Shown here: one piece after another, positions 24,870-36,004 of the stretch
Layout: the number at the start of each line of letters is the position of its first letter
Numbering within the stretch: position 1 is the stretch's first letter
NCBI GenBank assembly: GCA_003971905.1
Contig: RSEE01000004.1
Coordinates: forward strand, 310,001-374,000
Direction of reading: 5' to 3'
Origin: Moniliella sp. 'wahieum'
Taxonomy: Eukaryota
DNA: 64,000 bases
Made by a program: the position numbers and the translations under genes
Notes under the pieces: model-generated
Told to the model about the DNA's origin: nothing
Databases searched by the model: none
Seen by the model: the letters and a program-made list of their open reading frames with translations, nothing else

Positions 24870-26094
24870 CTGGGCTAGGTTCTACATCGCGGGCTGCTGG
24901 GTAAAGACAGACCCTTGTGGGAAGAGTCGTTGTGGGATGGCGGGTGGGTGGAATGCAGGCTGGCGGGGCCGAGCGGGTCATGTGGGCCGAGAGTTCATCG
25001 ACTGAGCTGCGCTTGGCTCTCCAAGTTGGCCAGGTAGGCCAAAGCCAGGCGAGAAGGGGCCTCCTTCTCTTGTGAGTGCTGATACGCACCTCGCTTGCAC
25101 AAGGGGAGGATAGACTGGTGGGGGGTTGCGCTGGGAACTTCTCCGTTGGGCCGAGGCAGAGAAAAGCATGGGCTTGGTGCCGGTCGTTGTTTGGACCCAT
25201 GCGCCCCATAGATTGCTTGTACGGGCTGCTTTGGGCGGACACTCATCGGCTGATGAAGTTGTGAAGCCGTCAACAGTTCCGATCCACTTCGGCGCGTGTT
25301 GAGCGTCGACAAGATGAGTTGGTATAGAGCTTGGGCATGATCACACAGAAGAGTACGTGCAACAGGTTCGCAGGCTATCACATCACATGGTCAGTTAGCC
25401 CCATCGCTCTGATCAGTCAAAGCCCAGAATGGCAGGGGGGGGGCGCACCTCAATTGCTACGATGATAAGGTGGAGAAGATCGATAATCATGGTCAGGACC
25501 GAGGTTTGGAGAATGAGGTTCTTCATCTTGACCATCTGCGAATCGTTGTTGTTAGAGTATTGATATCTTTGCGTAGCGTCACGACCAAGGTAGAAGTGGT
25601 GATCATATCGCACAGAACACCCCGCAGCACCAAACGAGAGTGACGGATTGGATCTCGTTCCACTTGGCCACATATTGCAGGATGGAAAGACCGATCATCG
25701 TGCCAATGCTACCCAGCAGCCCGCACAGCGACAACGCCACAATGATGGCAGTCAACCACCATTGACGGCGTAGCCGATGCACTCTCCACGCCAAAAAGCA
25801 TTGCACCAGGCAGGCCGCTGCGGCACCTGCCTGTACGGCACAGATGAAGCTGCGCGTGACTTTTTCGATGCGACGGCTCACCGAAGTACCTCACAAGCAG
25901 GTGAAGATGCCACACAATCCGCCACACTGTTGACCACATCCAAACACACAAGAGCCACCACCAAGTTTGAGGACCCAGGGTCCTTGCGGTAGCGGTGTTT
26001 ACAACCAGCTTTGCACCAGGGTCACGCCAAAGAGGGCGAGGTTGATGTAGACCCCAATGAGGACGTAGCCCACACCTTTCGCAGGAGAGCCCAT
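24870..26094 (-). CDS. Multi-pass membrane protein, DUF6534-like family
   Basis: MGSPAKGVGYVLIGVYINLALFGVTLVQSW..., LVQCFLAWRVHRL.., CDMITTSTLVVTL.., LILQTSVLT.., ILSTLNTR. This hydrophobic pattern and these motifs are typical of the basidiomycete-expanded family. The 3' end is uncertain. Confidence 0.6.
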
Positions 26095-26527
26095 ATTCCA
26101 AAAGTGAGGGAAGTGCCGGGTAGTGGTGTCGGAGGGAGGAGTTCCCTTGCTGTGGTGGTGAAGAAAAGAGAAGAGATAAATGAACTGCTGCACCAACTCA
26201 CCCCTAAGCTGCAGTGTTTTGTAGCGGCGCTTGGTTGAGGCTGGAGTTTGGAAGCTTGCTATCTAAGAGCAGTAGTAGTAGCTATTTACAAGCAGGTACA
26301 AAATCTAAAAGCCTCAGGGGCCTCAGGCCTCTGGGCATCTGGGCTGCCTCTCGGATCTCACTGGGCCTGGTGACCGGTGACCGGTGACCGGTGAGATCAC
26401 CAGCCTCACCGCCTCAGTCTCTCGCTACAGCCTGCTGCAGCACCACTTTTGTGTGTGATACGTTTACCGTTCCAACATCATAGGTTCGCTTCTTCAGGGA
26501 TGGTCGGATGGATGGTCGGAACAAGTC

Positions 26528-27037
26528 GCAGCGCCCCGCCGAGTTTCTGAAGGCGAGGCGCTGGCGTGTGGCGCCAAAGAGTATCGCCGCTTTCTTTGGT
26601 CTTTCGGCTCTTCTTGGCGTAGGTTTGGGGTCCGCCTCTGGACCCCACGCCATGGCGCCATGGTGCCATCGACCATCGATCGATCGTCGACACGCGTCTC
26701 AGATCTCATGGGAGTCACGCGTCACGCGTCACATGTCACGCGTCACATTTCATGTCGCATTCAATATGGCGGTAAGCTGCACTAGAAATCTTGAGTGGCT
26801 AGTGGCTGGTTCACATGGCACATGTCACCGCAGCCACAGCAGAGAAGTATTTGTGCCACGCTCAGCTTTCACTAGTCACTAGTCACTAGTCACTAGTGGC
26901 TAGTGACCGGTGACCGGTGACCGGTGAGCAGATGTGAAAGATGCGCCCAAGAAGAGCCGCAAGACCGCAGAAAGCGGCGATGCTCTTTGGCGCCACACAC
27001 TCGCGCCTCGCCTCTAGAAGCTCGGTGGGGGCGCTGC
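26528..27037. repeat. Imperfect inverted repeat: arms 26528-26619 and 26944-27037, ~320 bp spacer
   Basis: Left arm gcagcgccccgccgagtttctgaaggcgaggcgctggcgtgtggcgccaaagagtatcgccgctttctttggtctttcggctcttcttggcg aligns to the reverse complement of the right arm, gcagcgcccccaccgagcttctagaggcgaggcgcgagtgtgtggcgccaaagagcatcgccgctttctgcggtcttgcggctcttcttgggcg. Confidence 0.9.
26869..26927. repeat. Phased heptamer palindrome array (TCA-CTAG)4-TGG-CTAG-(TGA-CCGG)3-TGA
   Basis: Read directly from the sequence; unbroken 7-bp register. Confidence 0.95.
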
Positions 27038-27606
27038 TACTGAGCAACTGAGCACTCAGACTGTTTTTGCTCCACCGCCCCACCAGCCCCCCCCTACCTT
27101 CCCCCTCCCAGTACGTTGAAGCTTGAAGCTTGAGGAGCTTGAGGCCTTGAGGGGGCTGAGCGAGGTCACCGGTCGCAGCACCCTACCCGTCACCGCGTCA
27201 CCCCGGTTACCTACACCGCCTTTCCCCATTTCTAGATGTGGAAGCTACATTTTATCAAGTTGAGCGCCTGAAGCGTGCAGACCAGCCACGTGCACATCCC
27301 TATTCCCTTTCCCTTTCGTTCATCACGTGTATCGCGAACTTCGTACTTGTTTACCACTGCCGATCAGTCTGCGCTAGTAGAGATATAGACCAGAGCCTTC
27401 TACTACGCGCCGCTCCGCCGTAGTGAGATTTGGGAGATGTGGCAATCTCAGTCCATTGGGTAACAACTAGTGAATGAAGTGACTAATATGGCCAGCAGAG
27501 GTCTGAGTTCGGCGAGGATGTGGTGAGGTGAACAGAAACAGATGCTGCGGTCATATAGCGCGTAACGTGTAAATGTGGAAACAAGTAACGAAGGAAGAAC
27601 CAGATA

Positions 27607-29998
27607 CTATACTGAAGCGCTGGCCAAAAGAAAAACGACAAAAACGTGATGAGGCTGCGAGGGAGAGTGCCAGTATTCCTCCATACCTTTACCAGTCCAC
27701 CTGTTCCATAGGGTCAACAAGAGGAGGCACGCCCTCGAGGGATAACGGAACACAGTCCCATAAGACGGGGAAGGAGGAGGCTGTTCGGTATCCGCGCCCC
27801 CATCCATCAGGGACCAGACGAACGAGCCTAGTGAGTCGATGGAGTCGGGATCCCAGAGATCCGTCGATTCGAGTCCCGCCGATACCCCTGGTGAAGCTTC
27901 CGTCGAAGTGCCCGTCGGAGCGCCCGTCGAAGGTCCTGTCGGAACAACGGTAGGGGCGGAGGGGGAGGAAGACTCGGCGGGGATGCCCATCGATGATGCC
28001 CAGGGCACGGGGAGCCAAGCGGTAGTCAGCTGCCCGTCAGGAAGCAGATGAGCGAGCTGCCCAGCGTCCAGTCCGATGACCGATGCCAGTGGTTCAAGCA
28101 CCCCCTTAAGTCGGCGGAGGAGATCAATAAGGGATTGCGCTTCTTGAGCTGGAATTGGGGATGCTCGGGAGGTGGACACAATGCGTGTCGCCACATAGTG
28201 CTGCAGTAACAGTGCACAGGGTAACACCTTATGTGCCATCATGAACTGCCATTGCCCCTTACTGGGGTTGTTTTCTTCCGTTAGTTCTGGTGGTGGCGTC
28301 CATGCAGTGTTGTCCATGCAATCAAGGAACGCCTCCACGGAATACCGTGCCGCGGGAACACATCGCTCCTCTGCCTCGTGTTGCCGAGGATCATCCATCC
28401 ACCACGTGAGGACGAACCGGCCATAGATGGAGAGCATCAGTATGTTCAGTGCTAGCTCCATCCTTTCTTCCATGGAAATCGACAACAAGGCGTTTTCCCT
28501 GCCCTGGTACTGGGCCTTGCGCCGTTGACCCGGATGTGCTGGTCTTGACTAGCAAGTCGGAGGTCGGCGGGGATATGGTCCAGCAGCTCATCCACTTGCG
28601 TTTGAATCTTTTTCGTTTCCGCCCAGGATGCATCGAGGGATAGACTGGCATGCTGCATATTGAGCGTCAAGGCCTGATTCATGATCAAAGTCGCCTCAAA
28701 TGCAATCTGAGGTGAGGAGAAATAAGTTAGTATGCGCCTCTTCCCTCAAAATCAGAGGGTGCCGCACCTTCAGAATTATATTCCACCCTTTCTCTTCCTT
28801 CCAGCTAACGGGCGAATAGATGAAGGAAGGCGTGTTGTGTGTTCCCCGTGCGGAGATCAAAGGACAACGGGCGGGGCGGAAATGGGAAGCAGTGAAAGAA
28901 TCGAGTATGGTGACGAAGACCCATAGGCGCACACGATCCAGCACTTGATCCCGTGGGAGCCCTGGCGGAGGCTCAAGGTGAAGCCCTGCGGAAAAGGCAT
29001 TGCTTACGGTTAAGAGAGTCAACGCCATGAGTGCCCGATCCGAGCGGAATAGCATCATGCTGGTCAGAAGCAAAACCTGACCACGAACCGACTCGATCGT
29101 GGCCACTTGAAAGGTCTGCGAGGCGTCCAGGGCATGGATCGCCATGTCAAGAAACGCTGGTAGGTCACAGCCGGCAAGCAATGAGGAGGGAAGAGCGTCA
29201 ACACCGGTCTCAACCATCACGATGGCGCCCATGGCACAGATCAAAGCACAAAAGTCGACGTGGTGTTGCACCATCTCATGAGACAGATGAGACAGAAGAG
29301 GGAGCTGGCGCAATTTGTGGAGAGCCTCAAGGCGTGATCGAGAGAGGGAACGGTCAATGATCCAAGACAGGAACGGGACATCAGCAAAAAAATGTGGGCA
29401 ATGGCAGTAATGGCAAGTGTCGGTGGAAGCATCTGTAGCAGCTGGGCTAGTACCTCGGCTTTGTTTTCAGTAGGGAAAAGACGGTTGGACAAAGCTTCCG
29501 GGGGCGGCCCAGGAGGGGAGAGCACATCGGGGGTGAATGAGTGGGGGTGTAGATGTGAGCGGGAATGGGGGTGGGAATGGGAATGGGATGTGGATGCGAT
29601 CAAGGTCGATTGAGGAGACTGAGCATTGGGTGTGGGTAGGGCGGAGTAGCGGAGGCAGAAGCGGAGGCGGAAGCGGAGGCAGAAGCGGCGTTGGTGCCGA
29701 CGCCCAGGTGGCGGGCGAGGGAGAAAGCCAGGTGCTCGATTCGGTCCAGACGACTCTGGACGGCGGGGGTTAAGGCGGCGGCGGGTGGGCTGGGGCGAGC
29801 GATGGGGTGGGTTCCCGGGGGCCAGATGCAGCGGTCAGTCTCGTTGCGACTGATGCACCCAGAACAGGGCTGGTGGCGATCGCATTTGAGCTTGCGCACC
29901 CGGCAGTTCTCACAGCTTTGCCGGGTGCTAGGCCGGGGGAAAGTCCGGACGCGCTTGCGCTTGGCAGGCCGCTCTGCCTCGCCCAAGGTGCTGCTCAT
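27607..29998 (-). CDS. Zn(II)2Cys6 (GAL4-type) transcription factor with a fungal TF middle region
   Basis: CENCRVRKLKCDRHQPCSGCISRNETDRC binuclear cluster preceded by the NLS-like PAKRKRVR. Downstream fragments include NAFSAGLHLEPP..DRVRLWVFVTILD. His/Ser-rich linker, probable intron near 28710-28765, frameshifts. Confidence 0.85.
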
Positions 29999-32731
29999 GG
30001 CGCACATGCTGGTGGTTCAGCGTCAGTATGCAACCTGAGCAGACGCTTCTTCTGCGATGATTTAGAGCCGGAGCTGGCTCGGGGGACCTCGGCGAACGCG
30101 GCGACGCCGAGGATGATTTGTGAGTCGTTGACAGTTAAGCGGCAGCCCAGCGGTTTAACTTCAATCAACGTCAGTGTCTGAACGATGATCGATGAGGTGC
30201 CCCTGGCAGGACAGACTGGCCTAGACCGAAGCAAGGCTCAAGTGCTCAGGTGCTCAGGTGCTCAGTTTTGCTCAGGGGTGGGGATGAGGTGGTTGAGGGG
30301 TATTCGTGGAGCAGAGAAAGGAGGCCGTGGCCACCAGCGCACCTCGTTGCTGAAATAGCCCAGCAACGTGCAACGCCAGCTAAGTGCAATGGGGTTCTGA
30401 ACTGTGGACTGCGCCTTAGCTTCAAGCCTTGTCACGCATCGCGCTGCAAGCTTCAAGCTTTACTATCACTAGTCACTAGCACTCTCCCTTCCCAAACGCT
30501 CTCGCGCCGCCTCACGCTCCGCCAGGCGCTTCCCTGCTCCTCCGCGGACTGTTAGGACACTAGTGCAGTGTGCCCGGGGCATTGCCAGACTCTGGCGCTC
30601 CCAACTACTTCCACCCGACTGCTAGCTCCGCTAGTTTCGCATGTGCGGAAGTCTGGCAGTCCGACGTGCCTCCCTCTGGTCAAAGCTTCGGCAGTCGTAG
30701 CTTAGTCTTCCCTCTCTTCCACTCCCTCTTCCTCCCTCTCTCTACTATCGCTCACCAGCAATCAATCCCTATCGTCTATTTGACGTACTGCTCTTATTGA
30801 GCAGCTTGATTAATGATTGCCGTTTCACTTGGCATCGGGATCCGGTCACGTGCCACGCATGTCACATCAGATCTGAGCTGGTTGGTGGCTCCGAGAGGAA
30901 CTAGGGACAAGGAGTGGCCTCTCAGCGTATAGCAGAGGCGGCAGACGCAGGCGTGTGGCGAGCTTGCGTATACACCGGCTTCTTGTTCGGCAGTAGTGAC
31001 TAGTGATGCTAGTGACGTGTCTGAATCCTCCGGGTCTTAGATACGGGGAGGCAGCAGCAGAGGACAACCAATGCCAGAGCTGAGCGCTGTGAGATCTGAG
31101 ACTCGAAGGAGACGGGTTACGCGTTACGCGTTACGGCGAGGGGGAGAGAGAGCCCACGCGCCGAGGCTGTTGGGACTGAACTGGCCGTGGACAAAGGAGG
31201 ACTCGCCCGAATTGACTGTGATGGGGCTGAGACTGAGAGCGGAGGACGGGAGCTAAAAGGCGGGGACGGATGGAGAGAAGGCAACGAAGGGGAGAAGATG
31301 TTGTCTGAGACCTGGATCAATTGGATGAGAAGGAGCATGTGGTGAACAGGATGGAGGAAGGGTACGAAAATGGAAGGCGAGAAAAGATCCCCACCAAGAA
31401 CCATTAGGGGTACAAAGTAGGTCTCATCTATATGATAAAAGGGGAAACAGACTCGCAATATGGGCGCGTAGAGAGGAATAAAGAAACGGGGGCTTGGTTG
31501 CCACAGGCATAAGAGAGAAAGATACTAGAGGTAAGCAGGGACGCGACGACAATTGTCGCAAAGATACCAACGGCCTCGTGGCCTCATTGCGATGACCGAC
31601 TTGTTCAACATGAGCACGACAGACAAATATAAGTTGTCGCGCGGATGCGTGGCCATTCGGGCCATGGTAAATGTTGGTTTGCACCAACAACGGTCAAACT
31701 TAGTTTTAGGCTTGGAAAAGCACGCTCTACTTGGAATGGGTAGAGTATAGGCATGCCTTAGCCCCATTCAGACTTCCATCTCAGGTCCGTCGCCGCCTGT
31801 AACACAAAGCCTCAAACGTTGTGCTGAGGAATAGAAAAGTGAATCGCTCCATCACACTCACTGCCAACACACCTTTTTGGCAGCGAGACTTGGGGACGAG
31901 ACAAGGCCAAGAAGTGATGAGGGTTACACAACTGGAGACACCCACACCTCTGGAGAGTGAGGGAACAAACATTAATGCTTGCGAAGGCGGATTGCGAGAA
32001 AAAAATGGTGAAGAACAGTACACCAGACGGAGGGACGGGGATGCAAAAAAGTTGTGTTTTATTTATATACCCTCACTGCGGCAAAATGAGACGAAGGCGC
32101 CAGAGACTTAGCCACCAGCATTGAGCAACGAGGTGGGGCGCGTAGTATCTCTGTGACTATAATAAGGTTCTTACCGTCTCTCTTCAGGCCTTTCAAGCCC
32201 TTCAGACCCGTAGGACGTTTGCACACTATGCGATGGCGATGGTGACGGTCAAGGTAGTCAAGGCTTCGTAGAATCCCACCCGTAAACGGTTAAACGTTGA
32301 ACCCGGCGTATATGCGACACACTGACCAGGTGAGGCGAGCAAGCGGTTGCGGCCCATGTCCGGCAGACACTGCCCCTGCGCTAAACTCTGAAATGCCCTG
32401 ACAGCACAGGCCGTTTGCCCGCCCCTGGGGAGAGTACCCCTGCGCCGTAAGAGATGGCACACAGGCGCTGCTGCAGAATCTACGTCACATTTCCGAAGGC
32501 GCTTGGCTCGCTTCGTGCGTCCCTGCCCCGCACCCGCTCGTGGTGCCAGCCTCCAAAAACTGAACGATGATTTCGATTTCGATGATTGACTGCCCAGTGT
32601 GGCCGCAGCAACACTCTCGGTCGAACCTCGCCCCACCATCTCCCCATCTGCCCGCACCACACCACCACCACCGCTACTGCCATCGCCTCCTTCGACGCCC
32701 CTCTTTCCTTCTTCTATCCCATTGAGACAAG

Positions 32732-33483
32732 ATGACCTCCCGCCATAGTTTTGGCGACGGAAAGCGCACCTCGGGCGTTGGCCCGCGCGTATCGTTCGCA
32801 GAACCACCTCCGGGCGCCGACCCGATCATCTGGTGTGTACCGATTTGAGCACGCGCTCTCCTCCGTCTCCCATGTTCAACAGCTCACCTCTCGCCTCGCT
32901 CATCTGTTTTCCTCTAGGAAATACTTTATTGCTGTTGATACCAACCGGTCGGGTGCGATCGATGCCACCGAGTTGCAACGTGCACTTGTCAATGGCGACT
33001 TCACCCATTTTGACTTTGCTACGATCACCATGCTGTTATTCCAGTTTTCAGGCCAGAGGTCGGGCGAGTTGGTGTACGATGAATTCGCGGCCCTGTATAC
33101 TTACATTCTCCAGTGGTCTGACTGCTTTCGGAAAGCGGATCGGGATGGATCGGGGACAATTGATGAGCAAGAGATGGGAGTTGCACTGCGCAACTTTGGT
33201 TTCAACCTGGACCCCACCACGCTCCACATCATCATGCTCAAGTACAGAGGGGTTGATGCGCAACCAGGCATCACGTTTGACCGCTTTGTTCGCGCATGTG
33301 TGGTGGTCAAGAGCTTGACTGAGAGCTTTCAGCGCTTCGATCCCCAACGGAAAGGTTATGCAACGATGTCCTACAAGGACTTTATGGAAACCCGTGCGTC
33401 TACCTTTTCCTGCCTACATTTATGTGCGGGGACAATGTGCTGATATGTCATTCACTGCATACCCAGACTTTAAAGCGCCTTGA
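32732..33483 (+). CDS. PEF1: Penta-EF-hand protein (peflin/ALG-2 family)
   Basis: ATG 32732; intron 32833-32917 gives PPPGADPIIWKYFIAVDTNRSGAIDATELQRALVNG. EF hand DRDGSGTIDEQE and FDRFVRACVVVKSLTESFQRFD. Intron 33394-33466 gives C-terminus HFKAP*. Confidence 0.88.
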
Positions 33484-34331
33484 AGCTTGAATCGCCCCCG
33501 TTGTTCCTTGGAGCTATCCTTGGAGCTATGTACCAACCGAGCAGACTGGGCACCAAGCACTAGAACCCCACCCATCCTCGGATCTGAATATGAGTCCCTG
33601 TATACCTGTGTTTGTTTGGTTACGAATCCCTTCTTATGCTTGTTTTCAAGGCGCCCCTACCTTCCCTTGGTCTTACCTTAGGAGTGCTCTTTAACGTACC
33701 TTTCGCACAATCGAGTCGGGCGAATGCCTTAATGAATTTGCCCTCCTAATATCGGTGCACTCAACTATTCCGCTCTGTGCCCCCCCAGCGGGCCCCGTAG
33801 AGTGTCAAGATCAATATGTTACTAGGGCTGATGTGAAACCTGGCATCCCCGATGGCCCTTTTCTCTAAGTCTTCGGTGCTAGGGCGAAGGATAACAGTGC
33901 TCATCTCGTCATAGACTGAGTGCAGCTGGGCGAGAATGCCGGGGCGCGCGACTTGCGTAGGAAGCATAGTTGATCTGGAGGGTCTCGAGACCATGTTCAA
34001 TGAAGGATCTGTGGTTTGTCTTCCAGCATGCGGTCCTTAAAGCTTGGGACCATGATGTTAGCTGTGGACCCCCAGCCTGGCCTAGTACCCCTTTTGGCGG
34101 TTTGCACGGCCAACCAGAGCCAAGTCGCAAGTTGGTCCCGACAAAGGGAGGTCACGTGAGCACGTGATCAGTCCAGCGCCAACAACCATCACACGTCACC
34201 GGTCACCGGTCACCCCGCCCGGACCATTCCGCCTCCCCATTCCGCAACTTCTTAGAGCCCACTTTAGCAACAGTAAAACAAACAAGCGCCGCATTCGGGG
34301 GTTTCCCTCAAGTCCACCCACGCCACCTCGC

Positions 34332-35553
34332 ATGAGCCGCCCCGGGTCTGCCCGCGCGCAGCCGCCACGCTGCTCCGGCTGCCGCGAAGGCGGTGGAGAT
34401 TCGCACCAGGTCTCCCCTCGTCACGATCCTTATCTTCCTCCGCCGCCTCGGCGCACATCAACCCCTCCGCTTCTGCTGCCACCGACACATGGGATTTGGG
34501 CACCATGGGCATGCCTTACGAGTTCCGGGGCAATCTGCCCTGTCCACGCGAATCCGGCACCACCTCCCTCGCATCTTCCCTTCATGTTCCTGGATCTCCA
34601 CGACCGCTAATGTCCGCAGGCGTGCTGGTGCCCGAAGACCGCCAGCCCATCCCCGCTTGCGTCTTGCTCACCAACTGTCCCCATAGCATCCTTCCTATTG
34701 AGGTACAGCATCTCGCTGGTACTCACCTCGCCGAAGAGGTGAAGTCGGTGGAGTTGCTGTACGATGGTGCGGCCACATTTCGCGGTAATGTTGTGGTAAC
34801 ACTTTCCTCGCCACAGGCAGCCCAAAGGTATGCCGCGTGGCCTCACGCTCCTTGATGTCCGGCCGAGCACTCTCCTCCTCCATCCTCACACTGGCCGAGG
34901 GAAAAGACTTGGTCTTTCCGTTTGACCCAACCTGCCACGCGTAAAACGGTACAATGGTTTATCAGGCAAATCCCTCTTTGCTTCCTTTCTCATTTCCCGC
35001 TTTGGGGGGCGCATCGCTCTCCTCACTGGTATGCCGCGCGGCGAAACCAGAAGAATGGGCCAGCTCTTGTGGCATGGCTCCTGGTCGCTTGAACCATCAA
35101 AACGCAATACAGAATGGAACCTCCTCTTGACCCGGCAGTATTACCGTATGCGCGCTGCACAAGCCAGGCCCGAGGACTTCCCCCCCAACGCGCTCGAGTC
35201 CATCATCCGCTCTTCCCGTGACTCGGGCGCCCGGTCACGAGGACTGCACCTGAATGAGTATCCTACCAAGGAAGGTCTTATCGATGCAGGTCGATTGGAT
35301 GCAATCTTCCCCTTTAACCCGTTCGTCCTCGCCCTTCTTTCTTTCATTTCTTTTCCTTTCCTTCGCTCTCCTTCGCCCCCTGACATTCTCTCTTTCTCTT
35401 TGTAGAATGATAGACTTGCATGCGTCCACGTTCTTGGTTGTGCTGGCGACCGAGGCGGAAGCGCACCGTTTTTATCGTCGCTTCCACGAACAACCCTTTG
35501 CTCCGGCGGTACATGGCTGGGAGCATATTACCACAGCCCGCATCTTGCAATAA
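34332..35553 (+). CDS. Hypothetical protein, possibly with degenerate RRM-like domains
   Basis: Fragments CVLLTNCPHSILPIEVQHL..VELLYDGAATFRGNVVVTLSSPQAAQR and TFLVVLATEAEAHRFYRRFHEQPF suggest RRM topology. Intron-like GT..AG segments are present; the structure is uncertain. Confidence 0.4.
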
Positions 35554-36004
35554 CCCACTCACCTCGCCCAACCCGGCCTGCAGGGGTCGGGGATTTTGCT
35601 TACCTTGGCACTGTCGAGGTGCCCCCTCGCACTCACATCTTTATGCATACCGTACTCCCCACTCGGGTGCCCCGACTTTTACTGAAATGGTTCGAGCTAC
35701 AGCACCAAAAGGGAAACGGTGACAAACATTCCAAAAGAGGGATGAGAGAAACAAGAGAATATCTAGGCTAGCTCTGGTCAGATGGCAAAGGGGAACGTGC
35801 TGGGTAAAAAGGAGGCGATGCTCCCGGGTTGCCCAGATGCGAAAGAGAGCTAACAAATGGTAGTGGAGAGAGGCGACGACCGAGACATTCGACGTCGAAC
35901 AGAAACAAAACGAATAGGTAACGGTGTGGGGTGTGCATCCGAGGTACCAGACTGTGTTGTGTGAAAACGTGGGGCATCAATGTATGATACCCCTAGTCTT
36001 TACT

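Noticed and set aside
27230..27570. Possible box C/D snoRNA (ATGAAG..CTGA near 27475-27506)
   Set aside because: Box C is imperfect, there is no terminal stem, and I could not identify an rRNA guide.
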